Assembly (NCBI GenBank): GCA_017619385.1
Contig: JAFZSM010000074.1
Span: forward strand, 1 to 33,716
Direction of reading: 5' to 3'
Length of the DNA stretch: 33,716 nt
Source of the DNA: Bacillota bacterium
Lineage (GTDB): Bacteria; Bacillota; Clostridia; Peptostreptococcales; Anaerovoracaceae
Each line of letters begins with the position of its first letter. Position 1 is the stretch's first letter. The position numbers were made by a program, and so were the translations under genes. A model generated the notes under the pieces. That model saw only the letters and a program-made list of their open reading frames with translations, ran no database searches and had not been told where the DNA came from. This document shows, piece after piece, positions 16,580 through 26,585 of this stretch.

Positions 16580-17134
16580 ATGAGCACAGTAGCAAATGTT
16601 TCTGCGGCTAAACCCCGCACAGGCGGCGCAATCTACAGAGCACCTTTAGGAACTACCCTTCCTACAGATGCATCTACAGCAATCGACACCACAGTATTCA
16701 AGGCACTCGGATATCTTTCTGAGGATGGTCTTGTGAACACCAACAGTCCCGAGTCTGACACTGTTAAGGCATGGGGCGGCGATGTCGTTCTGGCATACCA
16801 GTCTGAGAAGGCAGATACCTTCCAGTTTACTCCTATCGAGTCTCTGAACATCGATGTTCTGAAGGCTGTATATGGAGACTCCAATGTCACCGGCGACCTC
16901 TCAACCGGCATCACTGTTACAGCAAATGCAACAGACCAGGAAGAGGCTGTATGGGTATTCGACATGATCATGAGAAACGGCGTTCTCAAGAGAATCGTCA
17001 TTCCCGATGGCAAGATCTCCGAGATCGGTGATATCACATACGCTGATGAGGAAGTAGTAGGCTACGAGACCACTCTTACAGCTATGCCCGATGCTTCCGG
17101 CAACACTCACTACGAGTACATCAAGGCAGCATAA
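16580..17134 (+). CDS. Major tail protein
   Basis: ATG 16580 follows the RBS AAGGAGGA. Size is about 185 aa. It is positioned immediately before the chaperone/tape-measure genes. Confidence 0.65.
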   Translation: MSTVANVSAAKPRTGGAIYRAPLGTTLPTDASTAIDTTVFKALGYLSEDGLVNTNSPESDTVKAWGGDVVLAYQSEKADTFQFTPIESLNIDVLKAVYGDSNVTGDLSTGITVTANATDQEEAVWVFDMIMRNGVLKRIVIPDGKISEIGDITYADEEVVGYETTLTAMPDASGNTHYEYIKAA

Positions 17135-17145
17135 GGAGGCACAGG

Positions 17146-17502
17146 ATGGTAAAAGGACAGACAAAGAGCGGTTTTAAGTATTCGGTCAACGAACAGGTCT
17201 TTGGAAGCTACGATTACGCCAAGATCGTTAAGAAGATAAACGACGCAAAGAAGATTACCGACCCTGAAAAGGTCGGTCTTCTTAATGCGGAACTTACCGT
17301 AACGGTCACAGAGTTAGTACTCGGACCGGAACAGGCCGAAGCGCTGGAAGAACACGTAAGATCCTTATCTGAGAACGGGCTTGTAACAATGCAGGCCATG
17401 TCCGAAGAGGTCAACGAGATCCAGATGCAGGTCGGGGAGAAGATCGGAGAAAAAAACTCGCAGTCCTCATCCGCTACCTTGAAAACGACGAAGAAGCACT
17501 GA
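17146..17502 (+). CDS. Tail assembly chaperone (G-like, zero-frame product)
   Basis: Position between the major tail and tape measure genes. It contains the slippery heptamer near its 3' end. Confidence 0.65.
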   Translation: MVKGQTKSGFKYSVNEQVFGSYDYAKIVKKINDAKKITDPEKVGLLNAELTVTVTELVLGPEQAEALEEHVRSLSENGLVTMQAMSEEVNEIQMQVGEKIGEKNSQSSSATLKTTKKH

Positions 17503-17834
17503 TATGTGACTTTGCGGAAGTATATCACATATATGATTACACCCAGCTACCAGTGAAGCTCCTGGCAACACTGGCAGCTGGTCTCCGCGAAGACTCAAGA
17601 TCGGCAATGTCGGTAAGCGGGATGAGGGTATCCCCCAAAGATTTATTGATGGCAGCGGCAGTAGACAGGCTCTCTCTTTTGGTATGGTCCAAAACAAAGG
17701 ACGCAGAGAAGGGAAGAAAACGGCCGAAGTCTATTGTTGAAGCTCTCACAAAAGAAGAAAAGAAAGAAATTATGACTTTCGCATCAGCGGAAGATTTTGA
17801 AGAAGCAAGAAGGAAGATAATCAATGGCAACTGA
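17146..17834 (+). CDS. Tail assembly chaperone GT-like fusion, produced by a -1 frameshift at 17451-17457
   Basis: The -1 frame is open from 17373 to 17834. It reads ..KKLAVLIRYLENDEEALICDFAEVYHIYDYTQLPVKLLATLAAGLREDSR.., typical of T-domains. Confidence 0.6.
17451..17457 (+). promoter_or_regulatory. Canonical -1 slippery heptamer A_AAA_AAC
   Basis: In the G frame the codons are GAA AAA AAC (GEKN), so A AAA AAC is in X_XXY_YYZ register. Confidence 0.6.
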
Positions 17835-20800
17835 AGTAGGACAGGCATATATACAAATTATACCGTCCGCCAAGGGTATCAGCGGATCCATATCGAGCAT
17901 CATCAACAAAGAGGCGGGTTCAGCCGGCAAGAGCGGCGGAAGTCTTTTGTCGAGTGGTCTTAAGGGTGGAATCTCTGCCTTTACGGTGGCAGCAGGCACC
18001 ATGATTGCCAATATGGCTACCAGTGCGGCTCATGCTCTGGGTAATATTGCCACTTCAGCTATAGCAGTGGGCTCAAACTTTGAGACCTCTTTGGCCAAGG
18101 TTCAGTCTATCTCCGGCGGAACAGCGGCAGAGATGGAAGCATTTTCAAAACAGGTTCTGTCTATGTCAAATGCTACCGCTCAGTCAGCCGATACGATAAA
18201 TGAAGCGGTTTATTCTGTTATATCCGCAACCGGGTCAAGCATGACCGACTCAATGGCACTTGTAGACCAGGCAAATCAGCTCGCAACAGCCGGCTTTGCC
18301 GATCTCGATTCTTCTATATCGGTTATGACCACAGCCATGAACGCTTATCACATGAGCGTCGAGGATGCGGCTCATATTTCAGACTCGCTCATCACTACCC
18401 AGAATCTCGGTGTTACAACCGTGGCGGAATTATCCGCTGCAATGGGTAAAGCAATCGCAACAGGTGGCGCATACGGTATCTCTTTGGAGAATATCGAATC
18501 CGGATATATTTCCCTTACAAAGAACGGTATTAACACAGCCGAAGCAACCACATATATGTCTTCCATGTTCAAGGAACTGGCAGACAACGGAACAGCTGTA
18601 GGACAGATCATCACATCAAAGACCGGAAAGTCTTTCGGTACCCTTATGGCAGAAGGATATTCTCTTGCAGATGTTCTTCAGATCGTATCCGATAGCTGCG
18701 ACGGTGACGCAGAGGCAATGATGAACCTGTGGAGCTCCGCGGAAGCCGGCAAGGCATCAGCGGCTATCATGTCACAGGGTATTGATACTTTCAATGAGAA
18801 CCTTAATACCTTACAGACATCTACCGGTACCACAGCGGCCGCATACGAGACCATGACAGACACGTTTCAGTTCAAGAGCAATCAGCTCAAGAACTCAGTG
18901 TCTAACCTGGGCATTATGATCTATCAGGGAGTAGGCGGACCACTCGCAGAACTCACCGGAATAGCAAACGAAGGTGTTCAGGGAATTGCAGCAGCGTTCC
19001 AGGAAGGCGGTTTTTCCGCAATCGGACCTGCGGTAATGGATTTATTCTCCAATATCGGAACATGGATCATACAGAAGCTCCCGGACATCACCACAGCGGT
19101 AAATACTCTGCTTGAAGGCGTAGGGACCTTTATATCAACAAATCAGACAGCAATAACCACAGCAATCACTTCTGTGGTTTCGGCAATAGCATCAAACATT
19201 CCCGTAGTGCTTCCGACGCTTCTCACAGTCGGAATGTCTCTTCTTCAGGGCGTGATTCAGGGCGTTTTCCAGACGCTCCCGGTTATCATGCCTCAGATGA
19301 TCACTGCGGCGGTTCAGATCGTGACCATGCTCGTGACCGGGCTGGTTGAAAATATCGATCTCATCATAAACGGTTTTATCACATTACTGGACGGCATCGG
19401 ACAGGCCATGTCACAAATCGACTGGGCTTCCGTCGGCTCACAGGTAATGACATCGATAAGCAATGCACTTCAGAACGCATCGCCCGGTACCATAGCAGTC
19501 ATTGCAGGAATCGGAGCACTGATGGTCGGCAAGTTCGCAATGTCTATCGCACCTATCGCATCAAAGGTAGGCGGAGCTCTTACCGGAGTAATCGGCAAGT
19601 TTACAAGTCTCGGATCAGCGGCAAGCACAGCGGCAGCACCGGTATCCTCAGCAGGTTCAGCAATGGGCACATTATCATCCAATGCACTCGGACTTGTGGC
19701 AGCGGGCGCAGGTATTTTACTCGCAGCAACCGGTCTTGCACTACTTGCACAGGCGGCAATCGGAATTGCAGAAGCGGGTCCCGGAGCAGCCATCGCACTC
19801 GGAGCACTTGTAATTGCAATCGCAGGCTTTGCACTTGGAGCGGCAGCCGTAGCACCGGCACTCACAGCCGGAGCAGCTGGTCTTATAGCATTCGGAGCGG
19901 CAATCGCGCTCGTAGGAGCAGGCGTACTTATGGCTTGCGGCGGAATGGCAATCCTTGCCACTCAGCTCCCTACAATTTCGGAATATGGTTTATCCGCATC
20001 TGTGGCAATCGCAGCCCTCGGAGTTTCGATGGGCATATTTGCGCCCGGCGCAATCGCAGGAGGCGCGGCAGCGGTCGTAGCCGGAGCGGGTCTTCTGACA
20101 ATGGCAGCAGGTTTACTTGCAGCCGGAGCAGGAGCACTTGTAGCGGCAGCAGGCGTAGCAGTATTAAGCGGGGCCCTTACATTGCTTGCAGGAGCGATAA
20201 CGCTTCTCGGAGCAGGCTTCACGGCATGTGCGACAGGTCTTCAGAGAATCGGAGCAGTAGCTACAACAGCTTCAATCGGCTTTACTACACTAGCGGCGGC
20301 TCTTGGAGTAGCATTCTTACCTATGGCAGCCGGAGCAGTATCCTGTGGAGCCCTGGCACTGGCAATCGGAGCGCTTGACCTTGCACTCTTAGGTCTTACG
20401 GTAACACTTGCGACATCTGCGGCATCAGCTGCACTCCTCGGAGCGTCAATGGAGCTCGTGGCCGGAGCGGTGACAACTATATGCGACTCAGCTCTTGCAG
20501 CAGGGCAGGCAATGCAGGACATGGTAGCCGGAGTGGACATTGTAAAGAATGGACTGAACGGCCTTAAAGACATGGCAGCTAATGCGGTAGCGGCTTTTGT
20601 AGACAGCTTCACAAAAGCATCACCTACAGCTGTAGCAACGGCCACCACAATGGCAACAGGCATTACCACAGCAATCCAGACGGGCATGACAAAGCTCCCG
20701 ACTATAGCAAAGACATCCATGACCACATTCGTACTTGCAATCACTTCCTCAGTAGGAGCGGCAAGGAATGCAGGTCTTCAGGTATCGAACGGAGTGGCTT

Positions 20801-21330
20801 CCGGAATGTCCGGTATGCCTTCAAAGCTCGCAACGATTGCGAGAACTTCAGCTGTAGCAGTAAGAAGCGCATTCGACTCTGTTAACTGGGAAGGTGTCGG
20901 CATCCAGATTGATAAGGGCATCGCCTCCGGCATGTTATCCGGAGAAGGCATAGGAGCAATCAAGGATGCGGCAAAGGAAGTCGCGCAGACAGCCCTCAAG
21001 GAAGCTCAGGCGGCGCTCAAAATCCACTCTCCTTCAAAGCTTATGAGGGATGAGGTCGGTAGATGGATTCCTGAAGGCATTGCTGAAGGTATCACCGACA
21101 ACATGGATTCCGTATCTGATGCAATGGGGCAGGTGGGCACCTACGCAATGATCAGAGACAGATTAAAGCTCAATGCATTCACTCCCGGACAGCTTCAGCC
21201 TGCATATGCTACAGCAGGCACCACAGTGACACAGACCAACACATTCTATACACATGATTCTTTAAGCGAGAGAGAGTTATGTCAGCAGACTGAGAACATG
21301 GCGGCTCGCTTGAGATGGAAGCTGGGGTAG
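17824..21330 (+). CDS. Tape measure protein
   Basis: 1168-aa ORF after the chaperones, with a long Ala/Gly/Leu/Ile-rich hydrophobic central region. Confidence 0.85.
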   Translation: MATEVGQAYIQIIPSAKGISGSISSIINKEAGSAGKSGGSLLSSGLKGGISAFTVAAGTMIANMATSAAHALGNIATSAIAVGSNFETSLAKVQSISGGTAAEMEAFSKQVLSMSNATAQSADTINEAVYSVISATGSSMTDSMALVDQANQLATAGFADLDSSISVMTTAMNAYHMSVEDAAHISDSLITTQNLGVTTVAELSAAMGKAIATGGAYGISLENIESGYISLTKNGINTAEATTYMSSMFKELADNGTAVGQIITSKTGKSFGTLMAEGYSLADVLQIVSDSCDGDAEAMMNLWSSAEAGKASAAIMSQGIDTFNENLNTLQTSTGTTAAAYETMTDTFQFKSNQLKNSVSNLGIMIYQGVGGPLAELTGIANEGVQGIAAAFQEGGFSAIGPAVMDLFSNIGTWIIQKLPDITTAVNTLLEGVGTFISTNQTAITTAITSVVSAIASNIPVVLPTLLTVGMSLLQGVIQGVFQTLPVIMPQMITAAVQIVTMLVTGLVENIDLIINGFITLLDGIGQAMSQIDWASVGSQVMTSISNALQNASPGTIAVIAGIGALMVGKFAMSIAPIASKVGGALTGVIGKFTSLGSAASTAAAPVSSAGSAMGTLSSNALGLVAAGAGILLAATGLALLAQAAIGIAEAGPGAAIALGALVIAIAGFALGAAAVAPALTAGAAGLIAFGAAIALVGAGVLMACGGMAILATQLPTISEYGLSASVAIAALGVSMGIFAPGAIAGGAAAVVAGAGLLTMAAGLLAAGAGALVAAAGVAVLSGALTLLAGAITLLGAGFTACATGLQRIGAVATTASIGFTTLAAALGVAFLPMAAGAVSCGALALAIGALDLALLGLTVTLATSAASAALLGASMELVAGAVTTICDSALAAGQAMQDMVAGVDIVKNGLNGLKDMAANAVAAFVDSFTKASPTAVATATTMATGITTAIQTGMTKLPTIAKTSMTTFVLAITSSVGAARNAGLQVSNGVASGMSGMPSKLATIARTSAVAVRSAFDSVNWEGVGIQIDKGIASGMLSGEGIGAIKDAAKEVAQTALKEAQAALKIHSPSKLMRDEVGRWIPEGIAEGITDNMDSVSDAMGQVGTYAMIRDRLKLNAFTPGQLQPAYATAGTTVTQTNTFYTHDSLSERELCQQTENMAARLRWKLG

Positions 21331-21333
21331 ATT

Positions 21334-22275
21334 ATGATAGCAACTTACGCATACAAATGTGACGGGAACGAGGTTATCTTTTCACCGGATACCTCGTTCT
21401 GGATCACGGAAATAGCAGGTGAAGACGGACTGGAAATCAATATCAATGAAACACAGTCCGCCGGATCCATCGGAACTACACATGATGCTTCATCGGTCTC
21501 CTCAAGAGATCTTACGATAAACGGACTCATCATCGGAGACTGTGAAGCAGGAAAGAGGAAGCTGAACCTTGCGGTAAGACCATTCACCGAGGCAATACTG
21601 TATAAGACAGACTCAAACGGCGTGAAGTGGTACTTACAGGGAGAAGCAAAGTCCACTCTCCACACAGAGGAGAAGATAGCAGTATCTGCAATCAATGTGA
21701 ACTTCTCAAAGAAGGTACCACAGCTAAGAAGGCAGCAGGCGTTAACGGACCGCATCGGGATTATGCCATTCCAGTTCTCTTTTCACGCATCATTCCCATA
21801 TTGGAGAACGGTAGAGACGGCCACAACGGTCTTAGGAGGCTTAAGTTCCATGTGGTTTCCTACACCTGTCTCCACGGCCGGATCATGGTATATATCATCC
21901 GCAAAGGGAAGCGTGGATACAGATGTGTACAACGAAGGAAACGGCGAAACAGAGTTCAGATTGCATCTTAAGGCAACAGCTCAGTGTACAAACCCGAGGC
22001 TGTACAACCTGGCAACCCGAACCTATATACAGTTAAACAAGACAATGACCGTCGGAGAATCGGCGGTTATTTCCACAGTATCAGGAGAAAGAGGCTGTAC
22101 ATATTATGCGGAGGATGGTTCAGAGTCCAACGCATTCGCTGATCTTGATATCAATTCAGACCTTGAGATGGTATTAAAGCCCGGCTCGAACATATTGAGA
22201 TTTACAGCAGATGCCGGAAGAAACAATGTGACAGCCACAATCAAGGCTCCTTCGGGGGTAGCGTCGAATGTCTAA
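21334..22275 (+). CDS. Distal tail protein (Dit-like)
   Basis: First gene after the tape measure, 313 aa. Assignment is by synteny. Confidence 0.55.
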   Translation: MIATYAYKCDGNEVIFSPDTSFWITEIAGEDGLEININETQSAGSIGTTHDASSVSSRDLTINGLIIGDCEAGKRKLNLAVRPFTEAILYKTDSNGVKWYLQGEAKSTLHTEEKIAVSAINVNFSKKVPQLRRQQALTDRIGIMPFQFSFHASFPYWRTVETATTVLGGLSSMWFPTPVSTAGSWYISSAKGSVDTDVYNEGNGETEFRLHLKATAQCTNPRLYNLATRTYIQLNKTMTVGESAVISTVSGERGCTYYAEDGSESNAFADLDINSDLEMVLKPGSNILRFTADAGRNNVTATIKAPSGVASNV

Positions 22276-23353
22276 TTGTTTATTGTACTCATATCAGAAC
22301 GGCAGAAGAACCGGACTCATTGAGGGTATAGAATCCCTGCAATGGATGCCGGAATGGCAATCCGCCGGCGAATTCAAGTTAGTGTGCTCCTGCTCTGAAA
22401 AGAACAGGAGCCTTTTAACAGACTGGGGCATGTTATACAACCCTGATACCCCAAACATCGCAGCTCTTATCACTTACCTCGACAAGACCATCAACAAAGA
22501 CGGCCGAACAGTCATAGAGGCAAGAGGCGAGTTCACTTCTTGCAGATGGAAAGGAAGAGCGGTCCTCGGAGATGTAGATGTAACAGATGCGGTATCCGGA
22601 ATCCTGAATATCGCAGACGCAAATAAAAGAGGTCTTCAGGTAACCACGGGAGAGTCAGAGGAGCATTCTTCGATTGATTATACGGCATCCTGGGGAAGCT
22701 GCTATGAAGCATTCTGCGATATTGCGGAAGCAGGAGACATAGGTTTTCAACACACCTTCAATCCTGTGACCGCAGAAGAGACTCTGGATATCCTGACCGG
22801 AACAGATAGAAGCGACCAGACAACGGATGATTATGTCGGATATTTCGGTACTCCGCCTCAGAACGTGGCTTCAGCGTCCTCGATACTGGATTATTCAGAT
22901 TACGGAAATGTCGGCGTATGTAACGGGGAAGCCCCTTCAGAGGGAGATACCTTTACCCAGCAGGTCGTATATGTCGGACAGACTCAGCTCACAGGAAACG
23001 ACAGACACGAGATATACATTGACGGCTCCGGAGTATCCCACACCTACCAGGTGGACGATGGACAGGGCGGAACGACACAGGCAACCTATACGGATGCCGA
23101 GTACACCGTCGTACTGACAAATTATGCATGGGCGGCACTGCTTAAGCACATGAACGCTCTCACAATCAAACTGGAAGCCCGGAACACAGTCCCGATATAC
23201 GGAACGGATTACGAGATGGGCGATACAATGCCGATCATCATCAAAGAGATCGGTTTAAGAGCAAAAGCTATGGTCACAGCCGTGAAATTGATTTACGAGG
23301 AATCGGGTAAGTCAATGGAGCTGACCTTCAGCAAATTTGAATTACTCGAATAA
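22268..23353 (+). CDS. Tail-associated / baseplate hub protein (Tal position; Sipho_Gp37-like)
   Basis: Second gene after the tape measure. The N-terminal pattern GLIEGIESLQWMPEWQSAGEFKLVC is reminiscent of Gp37-like proteins. Confidence 0.45.
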   Translation: MSNCLLYSYQNGRRTGLIEGIESLQWMPEWQSAGEFKLVCSCSEKNRSLLTDWGMLYNPDTPNIAALITYLDKTINKDGRTVIEARGEFTSCRWKGRAVLGDVDVTDAVSGILNIADANKRGLQVTTGESEEHSSIDYTASWGSCYEAFCDIAEAGDIGFQHTFNPVTAEETLDILTGTDRSDQTTDDYVGYFGTPPQNVASASSILDYSDYGNVGVCNGEAPSEGDTFTQQVVYVGQTQLTGNDRHEIYIDGSGVSHTYQVDDGQGGTTQATYTDAEYTVVLTNYAWAALLKHMNALTIKLEARNTVPIYGTDYEMGDTMPIIIKEIGLRAKAMVTAVKLIYEESGKSMELTFSKFELLE

Positions 23354-23365
23354 AGGAGGATAGAC

Positions 23366-24352
23366 ATGAACGAACTTGTAGCATGGCCGATGGACGAAAA
23401 GGAATACACAGCCTCCGGACTCGGCGCGGCGTACTCGGCAAGATCAAGAGGTATCTTGCGAGGAACAGACTTCACAGCATCGGCAAACGGCAATCTGACC
23501 GTTACGATCGGGGTAGGCCTTGGATGTCTTCATGTAAATGACTTCTGGGCAATATTCCCGGTATGCTCGACAGCTCAGACGCTTACCTTTGCTGATTCGG
23601 ACGGATCCTTGGACCGTATCGACATTATCGCTCTTCAGTTGGACAAAAATGCCAACACGGCAGGACTTGAGGTTATCAGAGGAACAGCGGCAGCGGTTCC
23701 GGCATATCCGGCAGTCAGACGCAATGATGATTATGACGAAATTTTCTTGTATGCGGTTTACAGAACAGCAGGAACTACAGAGATTACGGCAGCAGACATC
23801 ACAGACCTACGGTTGAACGGTGATTATTGCGGTCTTATGGAGTCTGAACTTGATTCCGTGGACACTTCCGTCATGGAAGCCCAGATAGAGGCTTTTATCT
23901 CAGAAAATGAGACAGCCTTTGCGGCATGGAGACAGCAGCAGGAACAGAACTTCGAGACATGGGAAGGCAATCAGGAAGATTCCTTTGAGGATTGGAGCAC
24001 GAATCAGCAGGCAACCTTTGAAGCCTGGGTAGATTCAATAAGAGACATCCTCGATAGTGCCACAGCCGGACATCTTCAGCTTGAGATTGACGATGCCGAG
24101 ATAAACGACCTTCTCGATCATGGCTTTGCATCATCCGTCACAACAATAAACGGCTCGACCATAACAGAGACCGAACAGATCACGGAAGGCGGAGTCACAA
24201 CGAACGGAAGAAGCATTGTCACAACGACCTCACAGTCGGGAGGCATAAAGACTATCACAAGTATCCTTTACTCCGCGCTCGGAGCAGAGGTAGCAAGAGC
24301 AGTCACCACAGTAAACGGTTCAACCATCACAACGGTTCAGACAAGAGTATAA
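23366..24352 (+). CDS. Tail fibre / baseplate structural protein
   Basis: Assignment is by position. It has a central acidic coiled region and C-terminal TTVNGSTIT repeats. Confidence 0.4.
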   Translation: MNELVAWPMDEKEYTASGLGAAYSARSRGILRGTDFTASANGNLTVTIGVGLGCLHVNDFWAIFPVCSTAQTLTFADSDGSLDRIDIIALQLDKNANTAGLEVIRGTAAAVPAYPAVRRNDDYDEIFLYAVYRTAGTTEITAADITDLRLNGDYCGLMESELDSVDTSVMEAQIEAFISENETAFAAWRQQQEQNFETWEGNQEDSFEDWSTNQQATFEAWVDSIRDILDSATAGHLQLEIDDAEINDLLDHGFASSVTTINGSTITETEQITEGGVTTNGRSIVTTTSQSGGIKTITSILYSALGAEVARAVTTVNGSTITTVQTRV

Positions 24353-24362
24353 GGAGGATGAA

Positions 24363-26261
24363 ATGGGCTTAATATCACCGACATATTTGAATACGGAAGA
24401 CATGAAGGCAGGGAAGTATCTGGGACTCACACCGAAACCCTGCGCTTCCTTAAGAGTCATTCCGGGAGATCAGAAGGTAACGATATATGTTACCGATGCA
24501 TCTGACACTGTTATCGATAATCAGAAGCTGGTTAAGGTAGCAGGAACAAAAGTAATGTACAAAACAGGGTCAGTTCCGGCAGGTCCGGACGACGGCACGG
24601 AAGTATTTACCAGTACTCCGGGACAGTATGACACGACCGGCTACGAACTTACCGGACTGACCAACGAGACGACATATTATTTCGCAGCGTATACAATCTC
24701 TGATCACGGCATGACATGCCTTGAAGGAGTCCAGGCATCCGCCACACCTGATGAGGCAGAAGTGTGCGTGGTAAACGTGGCAACTTCAGATTCCCTTGCA
24801 AGCATTGCAAATGATGTCGTAGCAAGGGTTACTCTTACCGATGCAACATTAGGAACGACACAGGAAGCCGTGATATCCGGCGGAGTAGGAAGTACGAACT
24901 TCACGATTCCGGCCGGAGACTCATATCATATCTCCCTGAAGCTTCAGCAGGTATCCGGAGGAGTATACACCGATATAGCATATTATCAGGGAACCGATGA
25001 TATTCACATCGTGACCGATCCGACATCAGCTGATTATACGGCCGTAGTAGGAAATACGCGCACCGTCAACATGACAGTGCAGCAGGCTCACCTTTACGGA
25101 TACAACCTCGCTAAGAGCAATTCGTCACCTTCAGGAAGAGTGACATATCCTGCGGATGTAAACAATGAGAATTTCACTCCTTTTTCCATGAACTTCTCAG
25201 CAGGCACTCCGAACTATGGAGGATGGTCCGAGTCCCAGGATGACATATTCTTCATGCCTAAGCCTTGCATGCTCAATCCGGACGGAACAGTCGAGTACTA
25301 CTTAAGTATTTCAGACTATTCCAAGCAGGAAGACGGCGTAACGGCAGCAGATATCACCGATTCTGCGAATACCGGCAAGAATGCAATGATGGAGTGGCCT
25401 AAGATCTGGACAAAGAGATGGGAAGAGAACGGAGTATATTACTTCAGATGCTCTGATGTACAGATCGATGAGGATTACGATTGCATCTGCAACTATGACG
25501 CAAATGATCATCAGATCGACCACTTCTATACTGCAATATACTTCGGTTCCAACAAGTCGAGCAAATTGAGATCCGTATCCGGCGGTACCAATATGGTATC
25601 CCAGACCGGAACGACAGAGATCTCTTACGCAAAGGCAAACGGAGACGGATGGGACATTGAAGTACTGGCAGACAGATTACTGATCGCAGACCTACTTGTG
25701 CTCATGGGCAAGTCAACAGATACACAGAGCGTTTACGGATATGGTCATGCGAACTCTTCAAGCGCATACGGACAGGGTACCATGAATGCAAGAGGATTGT
25801 TCTATGCAACCAGCGCAACAGCTGACTGCTATCTGAAGGTCTTCGGCATGGAATTCTACTGGTCTAACCTGTGGAGAAGATGTGAAGGCCTTGTGACGGA
25901 TGCAAACTCTAAGATCCTTTATAAGCTGACAGCAGGAAGACATGATGGCACTACAGCGGACGGATACAACACCACCGGAGCCGGATATAAGACAGCTGGA
26001 ACGGCAGCAGGCACATCCGGAGGATATATCAATGAATGCGCGGTGACAGACGGCGGAAGAATCCCCGTGACCGCATCAGGATCCTCATCCACTTACGAGT
26101 GTGATGGATTATGGTTCGCGGCTTCCTGCTTCGCGATTGTCGGCGGCAACTGGAGCTATACCCTTCTTGAGGGCGCGTTCTACGTGTGCCTGAGCTCCGC
26201 GGTGTCGTATTCCTACACGAGCATTGGGGCGGTGCTCTCTTGTAAACCACTTGCGGCTTAA
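24363..26261 (+). CDS. DGR target protein: fibre-module (putative receptor-binding) protein with an FN3-like N-terminal region and a C-terminal variable region
   Basis: The FN3-like segment is YELTGLTNETTYYFAAYTISDHG. The last ~48 codons (AASCFAIVGGNWSYTLLEGAFYVCLSSAVSYSYTSIGAVLSC) carry the VR. Confidence 0.85.
   Translation: MGLISPTYLNTEDMKAGKYLGLTPKPCASLRVIPGDQKVTIYVTDASDTVIDNQKLVKVAGTKVMYKTGSVPAGPDDGTEVFTSTPGQYDTTGYELTGLTNETTYYFAAYTISDHGMTCLEGVQASATPDEAEVCVVNVATSDSLASIANDVVARVTLTDATLGTTQEAVISGGVGSTNFTIPAGDSYHISLKLQQVSGGVYTDIAYYQGTDDIHIVTDPTSADYTAVVGNTRTVNMTVQQAHLYGYNLAKSNSSPSGRVTYPADVNNENFTPFSMNFSAGTPNYGGWSESQDDIFFMPKPCMLNPDGTVEYYLSISDYSKQEDGVTAADITDSANTGKNAMMEWPKIWTKRWEENGVYYFRCSDVQIDEDYDCICNYDANDHQIDHFYTAIYFGSNKSSKLRSVSGGTNMVSQTGTTEISYAKANGDGWDIEVLADRLLIADLLVLMGKSTDTQSVYGYGHANSSSAYGQGTMNARGLFYATSATADCYLKVFGMEFYWSNLWRRCEGLVTDANSKILYKLTAGRHDGTTADGYNTTGAGYKTAGTAAGTSGGYINECAVTDGGRIPVTASGSSSTYECDGLWFAASCFAIVGGNWSYTLLEGAFYVCLSSAVSYSYTSIGAVLSCKPLAA
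26118..26243 (+). repeat. DGR variable repeat (VR)
   Basis: 126 nt aligning without gaps to 26345-26470 (offset 227). There are 16 differences, all opposite template adenines. Confidence 0.9.
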
Positions 26262-26273
26262 GGAGAGGGTGAA

Positions 26274-26309
26274 TTGCGCCCGGCGCAAGAGGGGGAACCC
26301 TTGGGTTCC
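26274..26309. promoter_or_regulatory. Two GC-rich inverted repeats 3' of the VR: TTGCGC-CCG-GCGCAA (26274-26288) and GGAACCC-TT-GGGTTCC (26294-26309)
   Basis: Read directly. They begin 31 nt after the end of VR homology. Their position resembles the hairpin/cruciform element that assists target recognition in characterised DGRs. Confidence 0.5.
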
Positions 26310-26344
26310 TCCTGATTAACTGAATAATAACAGGGACATATGTG

Positions 26345-26470
26345 GCGGCTTCCTGCTTCGCGATTGTCGGCGGCAACTGGAACAATACCCTTCTTGAAGG
26401 CGCGTTCTACGTGAACCTGAACAACACGGTGTCGAATTCCAACACGAACAATGGGGCGGTGCAATCTTAT
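26345..26470 (+). repeat. DGR template repeat (TR)
   Basis: Non-coding copy of the VR. It contains about 30 adenines and nine AAY codons in the VR frame (NN..N.NN..N.N.NN). It lies 116 nt upstream of the RT start. Confidence 0.9.
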
Positions 26471-26585
26471 CTATTTTCGGAACTGACAACTAAAAGCCAC
26501 ATATGCTCCTCACCCCTTGGTGAAAATAAACTCGATGCAAGCACGGGTCAGTAGCTTGTCGAAAGCCCGTGAGAGGATAAGAGAC

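Noticed and set aside
19470-20744. Three long minus-strand ORFs (163, 86 and 167 aa) rich in Ala/Pro/Ser
   Set aside because: They are antisense to the GCN-rich Ala/Gly core of the tape measure gene. They are low-complexity, have no start context, and are fully nested in a confidently coding + strand gene.
26342-26554. 70-aa + strand ORF (MAASCFAIVGGNWNNTLLEGAFYVNLNNTVSNSNTNNGAV...)
   Set aside because: It is the DGR template repeat read in the VR frame. It has no RBS and its N-rich text comes from the AAY template codons. It should be treated as non-coding TR RNA.
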